Below the pieces are notes generated by a model. The model was not told the origin of the DNA. It searched no databases and saw only the letters and a list, made by a program, of their open reading frames with translations. 64,000 bases of DNA from Okamejei kenojei (taxonomy: Eukaryota). Shown here piece by piece: positions 38,746-50,745 of the stretch. Position 1 is the stretch's first letter. Every line of letters starts with the position of its first letter. The position numbers and the translations under genes are program-made. The stretch spans positions 14,632,001 to 14,696,000 of the forward strand of contig CM069157.1 in NCBI GenBank assembly GCA_035221665.1, in the 5' to 3' direction.

Positions 38746-39392
38746 GGTATGTTGCATTTAGCACACACTAGCTTTTCTTGAAGTAGGAAACAATATGGTA
38801 CAATGAATCTCAGCACTACCTCCTGTAAACATAATAACTTCAATCATAAAGAGGAACACCTGAGTCTTTTCCTAACCCCCACTTCTGCATCTCATGATAT
38901 TGTTGCCAATTCCATACAATTTAGCAGCTTATGAATATAAATACACTTGAACACAAAGGTGGTGTTTAAATATTCTAAATAAGGCCTACGAAATACACAT
39001 CTGTATCAATTGTTAAAAAGGACATCTGAACCCTTACAGCCTAAAAAGATTATGATAATACTGGGATCAACTGGTGAATGAGTTTTGACATATAATCTGT
39101 TGCTGTTCTCAAAAGTTGGTTGAAAGAAACAGGGCCCTTTTCTGTGCCCACTTTCTCTCAAGCAACCACATCTCAGTGTACCCTTCAGATATGCAGAAAT
39201 AAACTTGGCTCCTCTTTTTGAAGTTTACACAATCACATCTGGAAAAGCGTCGGAAAACCTGTTGGGAGGAGAAACTTCACAACCAGAAGCTATTCTGTTC
39301 TTCATTGTGGTGAGACATATGCTTGGTTTCTGACTCATATTCCCACGGTCTCAGTTAATGACAAATGGAGAATAGCAGTATCATTTTCGTGC

Positions 39393-39892
39393 TAGTTTTA
39401 GTTTTGAATTTTAGAGATATAGCGCGGAACCAGGCCCTTCGGCCTACGATTCCACACCGACCAGCGATCCCGCACATTAACACCACCCTGCACACACACT
39501 AGGGACAATTTACAGGATGTGTAGGAAGAAGCTGCAGATGCTGGTTTAAACCCAAAATAGACACAAAATGCTGGAGTAACTCAGCAGGACAGGCAGCATT
39601 TCTGGAGAGAAGGAATTGGTGATGTTTCGGGTCGAGACCCTTCTTCAGACCATGCCAACATTTTGTCTCAATCTAAGGACAATTTACACTTATACCAAGC
39701 CAATCGACCTACAAACCAGTACGTCTTTGGAGTGTGGGAGGAAAGCAAAGATCTCGGAAGAATCCCACGCGGTCATGGGGAGAACGTACAAACTCCATTC
39801 AGATAGCATCAATAGACAGGATCGAACCCGGGTCTCCAGGCTCTGCAGGTGCTGTGAGGCAGCAACTCTACCGCTGCGCCAGCATGCTGCCC
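39393..39892 (-). mobile_element. HE1-type V-SINE interrupted by a Penelope-like element (39515-39672)
   Basis: The SINE resumes after the insert; duplication ctagggacaatttaca (39499-39514) and ctaaggacaatttaca (39673-39688). Confidence 0.85.
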
Positions 39893-40044
39893 TACCACAA
39901 GAGGCGGTTAGGCCATTGGGCAAAAAGACAAAGGTTGATATCAGGCAAGTCCTGAATCCAGCACGATACAGGTGTCCAATGTGTCAATATCCGTTAAATA
40001 ACCAGCCCTTATTACATCGAACACATAGTATATAGATAAATGCA

Positions 40045-40800
40045 GCACAGAAATTGGCCCTTCAGATTACTATGTCTGCATTGACCATGATACCAAATTA
40101 CATGAATATTATCTGTCTGTACTTTTCTCGTCCCTGCCTCTTCATGTGTCCATGCAAAAGCCATGTAAATGTTGCTATTATATTTGCTTCTGCCACCTCA
40201 CCTGGCAGTATATTCTAGGCACACACCTAGTCTCACAAGTCCCCATTAAACCTCTCCCTTCTCACAAACCTATGCCCTCTGGTATTTGAAATTTCCATCC
40301 TGACTCTGACTGTCCACACTATCTATGCCTATCAGAATTCTGTATACTTCTATCAGGCCATCCCTCAGCTGTAAACTTCAATGCTGCAGAGGAAACAGTC
40401 CGTTTGTTCCACCTTTCTAATCCAGGGAACATCCTGGTAAACCTCTGCACCCTCTCCAAAGTCCCCATATCCTTTCTATTGAGTGGTTTCCAGAATTGTA
40501 CTCCTTATGTGGCCAAACCAAAGAATTATAAGCTGCAACATAACTTCACAACTTTTATCGTCAGTGTCTGATCAACCTAGATCATAGCATATAATATATC
40601 TTTTATAGCACTCTATCCACTTTCAGGGAACTCTGAACTTGTACCTCAAGATCCCTTTGTATATCATTGCTCTGAAGAATCCTGCTATTTACGTATACCT
40701 CTTGCATTTGTATTCCCAAACTGTACCACTTCATATTTATCCAAATTAAATTCCTTCCGCCATTTCTCTGCCCAATTTTTCAACTTATTCTATTGTATCC
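40045..40800 (-). mobile_element. Old CR1 LINE fragment
   Basis: Collinear similarity to 12840-13830 (aaacctatgccctctgg, ctgactgtccac, atcctggtaaacctc...ctccaaag). Confidence 0.75.
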
Positions 40801-43348
40801 TTTGAAACCTTCCTTGCTTATTAATAGTAGTTCCATTATTCAACACTTGTTGACATTATGGAAAAGTAGTAGTGGGTGTTGCCTCCAGTATTTACCTGGT
40901 TTGCACATACTAATGTAAATAGAAAGACTGCACCACAGGAAGGTAAAGTTCAGCTCTGGTTGTGTTACTGTGTATACGAAACTGCCCCAGGCATCAGGCT
41001 GTAAGATGCTATTAAATAGGAATTGTTCAACGGCAATGAAGGAGATTCACATAGCTATGAGATTCGCTTTGCGTCATTTCACTCCTCAGTATTTATTCCT
41101 TTTTTCAAAACTCAAACTTCTATACGCTTGAAAGAATAGATGCTGGGATGGTAATTTTGCCAGCTGTGGTGCCAAGGCTGTGGTCTAGTCTCACCAAACA
41201 GGCTAAAGCTGAGAAGAAAATTCTTCGGAGAATAGTGAAGCTTTGGAATATTCCATTCGAGAGTTTCAGCCACTGAATATATTCAAACAGGAGATAATTT
41301 TTAAAAAATTGATTTGGGAATTTAAGGAATATTGGATTTGTGCAGGAAAGTGACATTGAGGTAAAGAAATGGCCATGATCTTATTGAAAGGTATGCAGTC
41401 ATTAGAGTAATCAAAAGCAAGCTTCTGCTTTTATACCTTACATGCTTGTGCTCAGCGCAAATGTTGCCTGACCTGCTGAGGATTTGTAGTTTTTTCAGGT
41501 TTCCAGCATCTGCTGTGCTTTGCATTTGTTTGCAGTACATATGGCTGATGTTTGCTCTGGGACAAGGTACCACAGGCGTGCTACATGACTGCAACATGTG
41601 GCTTGGAAACAGTTAAGCAACTGCATGTACATTCTTAAAGCGTGCAGTGGCTGTTTAAGGGGAAGCATGTAATGGGTAGGCTCTAAGAACATAGCAGTGT
41701 GCTATTAGCCATTCAGCTGCTTGAAGCAGGTTCCTTTTTTTCATCAGCATGAAAAAACCCATTACGACTATGATATAAATAGTTCATCTGGCTGCCACAG
41801 ACTCTCAACAGAACAGAATGTAATCGGTGTGTTATAAAACTGACTATTATGCTTCCGCCTTTGCCTTCTGTGTAGTTCTGGACTTCTGGAAACTTTACCT
41901 TTACATAATCAACATCAGGCCTTTAATGAACATTTCTCCCACTGTTCTGACTAAAGGGAGTCCAAATCTCTCAGACTTCAGCAGTTGACATCCTTCTGCC
42001 AACTGGATGCCAGCCAGCCTATTTCCCTTTAAATGGATATTTTCTTTGCGCCTTTAGAGGCAGCCAATTTATCACAAGTGTAATTCAACCTTAAGCAATA
42101 TGAATTATTGTAGTGTTGGAGCAATTCTTTTTTTTTCTCTTGCCCTATATTTGTTAACGCTGGTAAAAAATTACTGACTGAAGCGCAGACACTTTGGCTT
42201 TGGGCGGGTTTCGTTTTAAAAGTTGATATTTGGAACATTGTGCGGAGCAGACAGTAGCTACAGTGTTTAAGCAGTGCAGAGAGCAGCCAAGGCAAAGACT
42301 TGGCGTGACTCGATCCTTTTCCAAATGGCGCAAGCAGGCCAACTTCAAACATGTGAATAATAATCTATCTGTGACTGCCTCTGTTAGTCGCTGGAAGAGT
42401 CTGTTCCCTCCTAAATATTTCTCTGGCTGTTTATGCTGGGTCTTGTGGCTTTTGCTTGTGTTCAATTATGAGCTGGGCATTTGTGTTTGCAGCTTTTTCA
42501 TTTCTAAAACTGAACTGAACATTTTCCCAAGTACATTAAGAAAAAAACAATGCACTAATGGTGCAAAGTTACAAAGAAGGGCAAAGTGGAAGGGTGTAAC
42601 TGTGAAACATATTGGTTAAAATTTGGCAATAGAAATCAGAAAACCTTTTTTAATCTACTTTTTCTATTTGCTGCATATACACAGCTTATTGCTGCTGTGC
42701 AAATATTACCTCATCCCTATTTTAGGTGAGGCTACTCCTCCTCGGTGCTGGAAATACGGGCATGTGTCAGTAATGAGTTGACTTCTATTTTAGATTGAGG
42801 AACCAAACGGTTTTCTTTGTTGTTGGGATGGTGGCTACACTCACTGGAAAGCAAGTTTTCAGACTAAGATTCCTGATATCCTGTCACGAAATCAAGTGCA
42901 ATAAAAAGGGCCAATTTCTATTAATAGTGGACCAAAGAACAACTGTTGTTGAATCTTGAATAAAACCACACACTGTGCTTTATGGAGAGCCCTGGTGCCA
43001 ATACAGTGGGCGTCTGACTGAGGATATAACGTCCCGACTGGAGAACTGCAGTTTTCAAATCCATTTCAGCTGGACCATTGCATGGAAGGATATAATGGAG
43101 ACAAGGCATTTTCCCCCAGACACAGTCATCTCTCCACGTCACTCTCCTGGAATAGCAGCAATAGTGCCAGGTGGAAACATTTCCCTTCCTTATACACACA
43201 CACACACACACACACGAGAAGTGTCCTGCAGCCTTATTCCTCTGTGAACTTCTGCAGTTCTGCGCAGTTGATTAGCCTTCAGGATCTGCTCTTCATTAGA
43301 ATAGTCTGTCTTATCAGTTGTCTTTTTCACTATTGTTTTCAAGCTTTA

Positions 43349-43454
43349 GCCCAGTGCTATCAAGGCTGTATCATTGCCCAGTGCTATCGAGGCTTTATCA
43401 TTGCCCAGTGATACCAAGGCTGTAGCTTTAGCCCAGTGATATCAAGGCTGTAGC
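43349..43454. repeat. Minisatellite, 27-28 bp unit x ~4
   Basis: gcccagtgctatcaaggctgtatcatt and variants in tandem. Confidence 0.9.
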
Positions 43455-43634
43455 GTTGATTCTGTGTTTAGTCCATTGCATCCACATTGTACACCTCAGT
43501 GTGTATTTTTTATGGTTAATGCTGCTGCTTGTTATTTTGAAGGTAATTAAATGTAAACGTCATTGCCACTTTGCCTTCAGCAATCGTCCCAGATAAAACA
43601 GTAAATATAAAAACCCAACTATGAGCTTTGTCTG

Positions 43635-43805
43635 GGAAGGAACTGCAGATGTTAGTTTATAGACACAAAGTGCTGGAGTAGCTCAGGCAGCATCTCTGGA
43701 GAAAGACGATGTGTGACGCTTCAGGTTGGGACCCTTTGACACCCATTATTTTTCCCCAGAGTTGCTGCCTGACACATTGAGTTATTCCAGCGTTTTGTGT
43801 CTCTC
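43635..43805. mobile_element. Fold-back Penelope-like element
   Basis: ggaaggaactgcagatg...ggcagcatctctggag...ccagagttgctgcctgac...ttttgtgtct. Confidence 0.65.
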
Positions 43806-44075
43806 CATAAGCTATATTACTTTATTGCAACAGAGTAATGCATGAACGGTTAATTCAGGGAACAAACTGATTGCCTGTATTTTCCACTGCTCTTCCCTGT
43901 GCTTAATGGTTCCAGTCAAAGACTGTTCTTTGTGCCTTTTGTGCTAACTTGATCTACAAAGCAAAATGAACAAGAAGCACCAGCTCACTGTATCGACAAA
44001 ACGGTGTGAAGTTGCACCCACTATATATTCTCACATCCCTAGAACCTGTTGCTCGATAATAGAAAATAAAATACA

Positions 44076-44886
44076 GGTTTAATTCAGTTTGGAGATACAG
44101 CGTGGAAACATGCCCTTGGGCCCACTGAGTCCACACCAACCAACGATCCCCCATGCACTAGTACTATGCTATCTCCGTTTTGCATCCTACACACTAGGAG
44201 CTGTTTACAGAAGCCTAATAGCCTACAAACTTGCAGGTCAAGTTCAAGTGAGTTTATTGTCATGTGTTCCTGATAGGACAATGACATTCTTGCTTTGCTT
44301 CGGCACACAGAACATAGAAGGCATTTACTACAAAACAGATCAGTGTGTCCATATATCATTTTTTTTAATTTTATTTTTTAATATTTTTTTTTATTAGAGG
44401 TAAATACATCAGTGTACATCACAAAAAATTGTTACAATCATTGTACCTCATAATTTTATGGCTTTTAAAGAAAAAGAATAGAAAGAAAGAGAATGAAGTA
44501 GGTGAAAAGAGTTGTGAAAGTGAAAGAGCGTGCCAAAGGGGAAGGAAAAAAACCCTTGGTCAAAGAATTAGAGAAAGGGGATTAAGAGATAAACCCTGGA
44601 AAAGAAAAAGAAAAAAGTCCATATATCATTATATAAATACATACACACATGAATAGCTAAACTGATAAAGTGCAAATAACAAATAACAGATAATGGGTTA
44701 TTAGTGATCATAGTTTTGTCCGAGCCAGGTTTAATAGCCTGATGGCTGTGGGGAAGTAACTGTTCCTGAACCTGGTCGTTGCAGTCTTCAGGCTCCTGTA
44801 CCTTCTACCTGAATGTCTCCGGAATGTGGGAGAAATCCAGAGCACCCAGAGAAAGCCCTTGTGGTAAAAGGGAGAAGTACAAACAG
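44076..44886 (-). mobile_element. Triple nest: HE1 SINE > Rex1/Babar 3' fragment (~44238-44811) > poly(A)-tailed insert (44361-44616)
   Basis: SINE halves at 44076-44237 and 44812-44886. Rex1-like gcctgatggctgtggggaagtaactgttcctgaacctgg. Perfect 14-bp TSD gtccatatatcatt at 44347-44360 and 44617-44630. Confidence 0.8.
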
Positions 44887-45231
44887 CAAAGATTGGGGAG
44901 GGGTGTTGGGGGAAGGGGAGTCAGCCACAGCTTCTTTCTACTCCACGACAGAAGGGGGAGGAATTGTACAGTTTGATAGCCACAGGGAAGAAGGATCTCC
45001 TGTGGCATTCTGTCCTGCATCTTGGAACATCTGTCCTGCATCGGGATGCTGTCAGAAATTCATCACATTAGCATTTTTATTTTTGTAGTTATGTCACAAC
45101 TTGTCATAATAGGAACTTTCAAACACCCCACACAATGAATTACTTTGAAGTGCAAGGAGCATTGCATAAGCAAATACTTTGAACTGTCAGATAAAGTTAC
45201 TCCACTTTCCTTGTGAATATAGCCATTACAC

Positions 45232-45810
45232 AGAAATATAGAAAATAGGTGCATGAGGAGGCCATTTGGCCCTTCGAGCCAGCACCGCCATTCATTGTGA
45301 TCCTGGCTGATCATCCACAATCAGTAATCCGTGCCTGCCTTCTCCCCATATCCCTTGATTCCGCTAGCCCCTAGAGCTCGATCTAACTCTCTTTCAAATT
45401 CATCCAGTGAATTGGCCTCTACTGCCTTCTGTGGCAGAGAATTCCACAAATTCACAACTCTCTGCATGAAAACGTTTTTTCTCATCTCAGTTTTAAATGG
45501 CCTCCCCTTTATTCTTAGACTGTGGCCCCTGGTTCTGGACTCCCCCAATTTTGGGGACATTTTTCCAGCATCTAGCTTGTCCAGTCCTTTTATAATTTAA
45601 TATGTTTCTATAAGATTCCCCTCTCATCCTTCTAAATTCCAGTCTTTCCAATCTTTCCTCATATGACAGTCCTGCCATCCCGGGGATTAACCTCGTGAAC
45701 CTACACTGCACTCCCTCAATAGCAAGGATGTCCTTCCTCAAATTAGGAGACCAAAACTGCACACAATACACCGGATGTGGTCTCACCAAAGCCCCATACA
45801 ACTGCAGAAG
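45232..45810 (-). mobile_element. CR1 LINE ORF2 3' fragment plus tail
   Basis: Minus-strand LVRPHPVYCVQFWSPNLRKD...RTRGHSLRIKG...RVVNLWNSLP. Confidence 0.92.
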
Positions 45811-46329
45811 TTGTTTATATTTCTGAACTTACTGCTGAAGCCTTACTGTCACTTAGAAGACATTTTCTTTCTTAAATTGATATGTAACGTTTCAAATCAC
45901 TACTGGCAGAACAAATTCAAATGAAATGATGTTATGATTGCCAATATATTAAGGCTTGCAAGTTTGGATTAGTATAAGTACTTAATTTCATCTCATGCCC
46001 AGACTGATTCTTCTGAACATTAATTATCAATTTACACGTTCCTCTGGCTGTTCCCTTGCTTAACTTTAAGGATGGGCAGGAAAGCACAGTGACTTTCGAG
46101 CAGATTGTTTAAAGGCTGTCAGTGAAAGCTTTTATTGCACACACTGGGGCACATTTACAGTGCAAGAATTTTTTGAAGACATTTTTGTCGCTTTTCATCT
46201 CTCAGCCGCGTAAAGATAAGACACAGCTTTTGCCAGCAATGATCTTGGTGTAACAGCTTCACTGCTGCCAAATATGTTCAAACCCAGGCATGAATGTGCC
46301 CGGCATCCACAGTATGTGCTGTACCGTTT

Positions 46330-46630
46330 AGTTTATTTAGTTTATTGTCATGTCACCGAGGTACAGTGAAAAGTTGCGTGCTAACCAGTCAGCGGAAAGA
46401 CAATACGTGATTACAATCAAGCTGTTCCCAGTGTTTCGGTGCATTATAAGGGAATAACGTTTAGTGCAAGGTAAAGCCAGTAAAGTCCAATCAAAGATAG
46501 TCCGAGGGTTACCAATGAGGTAGATCATAGTTCAGGACTACTCTCTAGTTGTGGTAGATTGAATCAGTTGCCTGATAACAGCTGGGAAGAAACTGCCCCT
46601 GAATCTGGAGGTGTGCCTTTTCACACTTAG
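46330..46630 (-). mobile_element. Rex1/Babar-like LINE 3' end
   Basis: Minus-strand HTSRFRGSFFPAVIRQL resembles the Rex1/Babar C-terminal T.R..SFFP.AIRLLN motif. Confidence 0.7.
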
Positions 46631-46849
46631 TGGAGCAGAGTCTAGCTCCTTCAGGATCCAGTCTATTTCTAGGAAAGATTGAATGATGCAGGTCCAGTTG
46701 TTCGGAAGGCACTGCTTTATGGATAATACCTGCATTGAGCAGCATGTAGCATTCATGTTGCTATCTCCATTTTGCCCATAACTCAGGTTAACTAAGCCAT
46801 GAACAACCAAATGGGAATGACTGATGGGCATCTTCCCGAATGTGAGAGC

Positions 46850-47070
46850 AAATAAGAGTAACTTTTTTTTAAGGGTGGTAAGTGTATGGAACAAGCTGCC
46901 GGGGTAGGGAGTTGAGGCAGGTATTATCGCAATGTTTAAAAAACATTTAGACGGGTACCTGGATACGATGGGTTTAGAGCGATATGGGCCTAAAGCAGCC
47001 AGGTGGGACTAGTGTACATGGGCCATTTTGGTCGGTGTGGGCGAAGTGGGCCAAAGGGTTTCCAGGCCGG
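46850..47070 (+). mobile_element. CR1/HER1 LINE 3' end
   Basis: agggtggtaagtgtatggaacaagctgcc...ggtgggactagtgta. Confidence 0.8.
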
Positions 47071-48196
47071 ATTACCCTACGAGGGAAACGGGCTTGAAAA
47101 GCTTGGTTTGCAACCATTTCCAGGTTAAAGTGGGTCACTCTGGAAATGCAACCAAGTACTTCCAGTCATTCTTTAGTTGGTGACATCAATACAATGATAA
47201 TCAATACAATCCGCTACTCAATAACTAAAACCGAAGCACTAAGAATAAATTGGTAACTCTGGACGATGCTCGACTGCTCTTAGTCTTCTTGTTAAGCTCC
47301 AAAGTATAGAGGTCTGATCCAAATATTTTGTGGTTGATTCTGCAGCATTAACTTACTTGCGGGCCTAACAGAACAGGCTTTATGGAAAGTTTGCAAAACT
47401 AGAGAATCTATCAGTGGTTTCAGGAGATGGGGTATTAAATTGTTCTCAGGCGCTGTGACTTATGAACAGTCATGGAAAAGCAGGAAAAATATTTAGACTT
47501 GGGTATCTCATGAGATTGGTTTACTATGCTTTGCAATGGGATATATGGGAAGCTTAGCTACGAGATATAACAATTGTTGTCTTTTAGAAGAAAACACTTT
47601 CAGTGTGCAAAGAGGTATCTCAGAGGATTTTTGTCTAAAATTAGACCAAAACAAGACCAGTTTGAACCTCCTCCTTTATTGTGCACATGTTGTGCAACTT
47701 TTCCATTTTAATATCCGTACAGCTGCCAATTATTTGTATTGATAATTATTTAAAACTAGAAGCAAGTAAAACACTTTTCTACAGTGCATTTAAGAAATTG
47801 GATAAAATTTTCTTTGTTACATGTTAATGGATCTTTATTTAAGAAATCAGTTATGTTGAGAAGTGCTGATCAAATATAGATAGTTGAGTATAAACAGTGT
47901 TTAGTTTGCGTAGAATCATCATGCCAGTCCTGAGGTGCTCATAACCAACATGTTATAAACTGCACATCACAATGTTCTGAAGCCACTTGGTTTCACATGG
48001 AAGGGCTTTGCCAGCCTTCATTGTAAAATTGCATCAGTGCTCTCCTTAGCCAGCAGAGGGAGGTGTTTGTTAATGCCACACCAACCTCAGTCTCCACCCT
48101 ACCACAGACAGAACTGTCGCAAAGAACTATAGCAAAGTAGCCATTTTAAATGGTAAGATTGTCACACACTGCAGAATGAAGCCAGATCAATTTTGT

Positions 48197-48273
48197 GTAG
48201 GAAAGAACTGCAGATGCTGGTTTAAATTGAAGGTAGACACAAAATGCTGGAGTTACACAACGGGACAAGCAGC
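48197..48273 (-). mobile_element. Short Penelope-like arm with 11-bp TSD
   Basis: Flanks atcaattttgt (48186-48196) and atcaatcttgt (48274-48284). Confidence 0.65.
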
Positions 48274-48541
48274 ATCAATCTTGTTTTGTTCTAATGAATG
48301 CAACAAAACCTCTGTTATTTATATCTCTGATATCTAGTGCACCAAGGGATGGATCATAATTGACTCACTCAATCCCCATCAACCAACCCTGCCCTTTAAC
48401 CAATTACAAAGATATATCCTTCCCTTTCCAAAGATGTATTTATTAATGTGTTCATAACTAAAGGGACATTCAATAGATGAGGCAAAGCACAGTTGGACAC
48501 ACTGGAAGGAAAAGTGAAAAAGCTAAAACAGTTTTCATTTA

Positions 48542-48786
48542 TTATTAAATAGACACAAAGTGCTGGGATTACTCAGCGGGTCAGGCAGCATCTCTGGAGG
48601 ATATGGATAGGTGACGTTTCGGGTCAAGATGCTTCTGCAACTCTTTATTCGTCGGAAGAAGGGACCCGACCCAAAACGGCACCTGTCCATGTTCTCCAGC
48701 GATGCTGCCTGATCCGCTGAGTTGATCCAGCACTTTTTAAAATCTTTTTTTGTAAACCAGCATCCGCAGTTCCTTCTGTCTACATC
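48542..48786. mobile_element. Fold-back Penelope-like element abutting the RUNX3 splice acceptor
   Basis: ~100-bp inverted arms; 9-bp TSD tttcattta at 48533-48541 and 48787-48795; acceptor AG at 48815-48816. Confidence 0.8.
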
Positions 48787-48816
48787 TTTCATTTACCATA
48801 TTTTCTTTGATTGCAG

Positions 48817-48990
48817 GGCACAGGCAAAAGCTTGAAGACCAGGCAAAACCTGGCACCATTTTCTCAGACCGCTTGAGCGAATTGGAACGCTATCGGCAAA
48901 CGGCAATGAGGGTCGGTCCATCTAATCCCAGTCCCCGTCCTCTGAGTGTTCCCACCCACTTCAGCTCACCAACACAAACACAGCTTCAGG
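48817..48990 (+). CDS. RUNX3: RUNX3-like coding exon (174 bp), post-Runt NLS/PST region
   Basis: Acceptor ttttctttgattgcag| and donor |gtgagt, phase 1-1. Translates (R)HRQKLEDQAKPGTIFSDRLSELERYRQTAMRVGPSNPSPRPLSVPTHFSSPTQTQLQ(G). HRQKLEDQ, PSPR and HFSS..Q..QG are RUNX3-like. Confidence 0.93.
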
Positions 48991-49254
48991 GTGAGTGGAA
49001 TATGATGTCCAGAGAATTTGCACCAGCATAAAAAATATACGCCTTCTCTGCTGTTTTTTGTAAAATCAATTACATTTGTATGGAATAGGAGTATGATCCC
49101 TGCAGAGAGAGCAGGGGAGATTCACCAGCATATTGCCTGGATTGGAAGACCTCTGTTATAGGGAGAAATTATATAAACTGGCCTTGTTCCTCCTGGGGAC
49201 AAGAAGACCAAGGGTTAGCCTGATAGAGGTATAAAAAAATAAACTATGACATGT

Positions 49255-49465
49255 GTGGCATGGTGGCGCAGCGGTAGAGTTGCTGCCTTGCAGCGCCAGA
49301 GACCCAGGTTCGAACCTGACTGCGGGTGCTTGTCCGTAGGGAATTTGTATGTTCTCCCCGTGACCTACGTAGGTTTTCTCTGCGATCTCCGGTTTCCTCC
49401 CACACTCCAATGACGTGTCGGTTTGTCGGTTAATTGGCTTGGTATAATTGCGAATTGTCCCTTTG
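49255..49465 (+). mobile_element. HE1-type V-SINE, 3'-truncated
   Basis: A box, ggttcgaacc B box, V core; tail replaced by a GC-rich element. Confidence 0.85.
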
Positions 49466-49808
49466 CACTGTCCAAAAATCCCGCGCACCAACGGCCTATT
49501 GGCCCACGGGCGCATTGAGGGCGTACGCAGCGTCTCGACGGGCATATGCGCGTGGCGTTGCGCGATGATGTCACTGCCCGGCATGCCGTTGCGTGATGAC
49601 GTCACCGCCCGATGCCGTGCAACGTCCAAATTCAGTTGGCCCGCCTCCTGTCCAGCTGCTTGGTGTGTATGATGTTGGGACCAGCCCCGCATAACTCCAT
49701 ACGCCTCCGCGGTTCGAAGGGGGACCGGCCCCGCGCGGCCGTACGCCTCAAGCGACCACATTTGGTCGCGCTAGACGCATGTAATCGCATGCTGGTGGGA
49801 CAGGCCCT
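49466..49808. mobile_element. CpG-rich terminal fragment of a PIF/Harbinger-like element
   Basis: Ends gtgggacaggccct|taa, related to the TIR of 57702-57989; the other end is missing. Confidence 0.6.
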
Positions 49809-50447
49809 TAACCTTGCTGACATTATTCCCCTCATTTGTAGAGGCATAGAGCACAAAAGCAGGGAGTTGTGCTGAACTTTTATTACAGTTGAAGTATTGA
49901 GCTCAATGTAGCCAACCACATTGTAAGAAGGAGATGAAGGTGCTAACAAGACTGCAGAGCAGATTTCCTGGAATGGTTCCAGGGTTGATGGATTGCTATA
50001 GTAGTCGGTGAAGTTGGGAGGTATTATCCTTGAGAGATTTGATAAAAGTGATGGGTTCAAATAGAGGAAGATTGTTCCCATTAGTGAATGGTTTAACACC
50101 GATGTTCAGAGATTTAAACAGAGGATACAGGGAATTTTTACACTGTAATTGGTGATGGTAAAGATGATGGAAACAAAATGACTTGGGCTTTTCAAAATGA
50201 AGTTGATTGGCTTTGGGGGAGGGGGAGGGTGGGGGAGGGGTGGGGGGGGTGGGGGGAATCGTTTAAAAGTCCAAGTGCTAAAGCATTGGAATAGGACAGC
50301 ATAAAGTGTTCTACAGTGCTGACAGGATGTTAATAAACTGGTAACTGGTTGGGCTGAAATAGTTCCACAATTTTATGATATATCTGTTTTTTTATAGACA
50401 GAAATATTTGACATTCCTGAATTGAGATCTTTAAATGAATTGATTGA

Positions 50448-50745
50448 AAGATAAAGCATGGAAACAAGCCATTCAGCCCATTGATTCCACACCGACCATC
50501 GATCCCTCGTTCACACTAGTTCTATGTTATCCCACTTTCACATACATTCCCGACACACTAGAGGCAATTTACCTGCAAACCCGCATGCCAAATCCATTGG
50601 GATGTGGGAGGAATCCTGACCATCTGGAGGAAACTCACACGGTCACAGGGGGAGCATGTAAATGGCAGCACCCAGAGTCAGGATCAAACTGGGGTCTCTG
50701 GCGCTTTGAGGCAGCCGCTTTACCAGCTGTGCCACTGTGCTGCCC
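50448..50745 (-). mobile_element. HE1-type V-SINE
   Basis: Reverse HE1 pattern. Confidence 0.75.

Noticed and set aside
43349-43454. CRISPR-like array
   Set aside because: Contiguous tandem units without spacers, in a vertebrate intron with no cas genes.
49156-49761. 201-aa minus-strand ORF
   Set aside because: Spans a SINE and a GC-rich transposon end; it stays open because of composition and has no recognisable domain.
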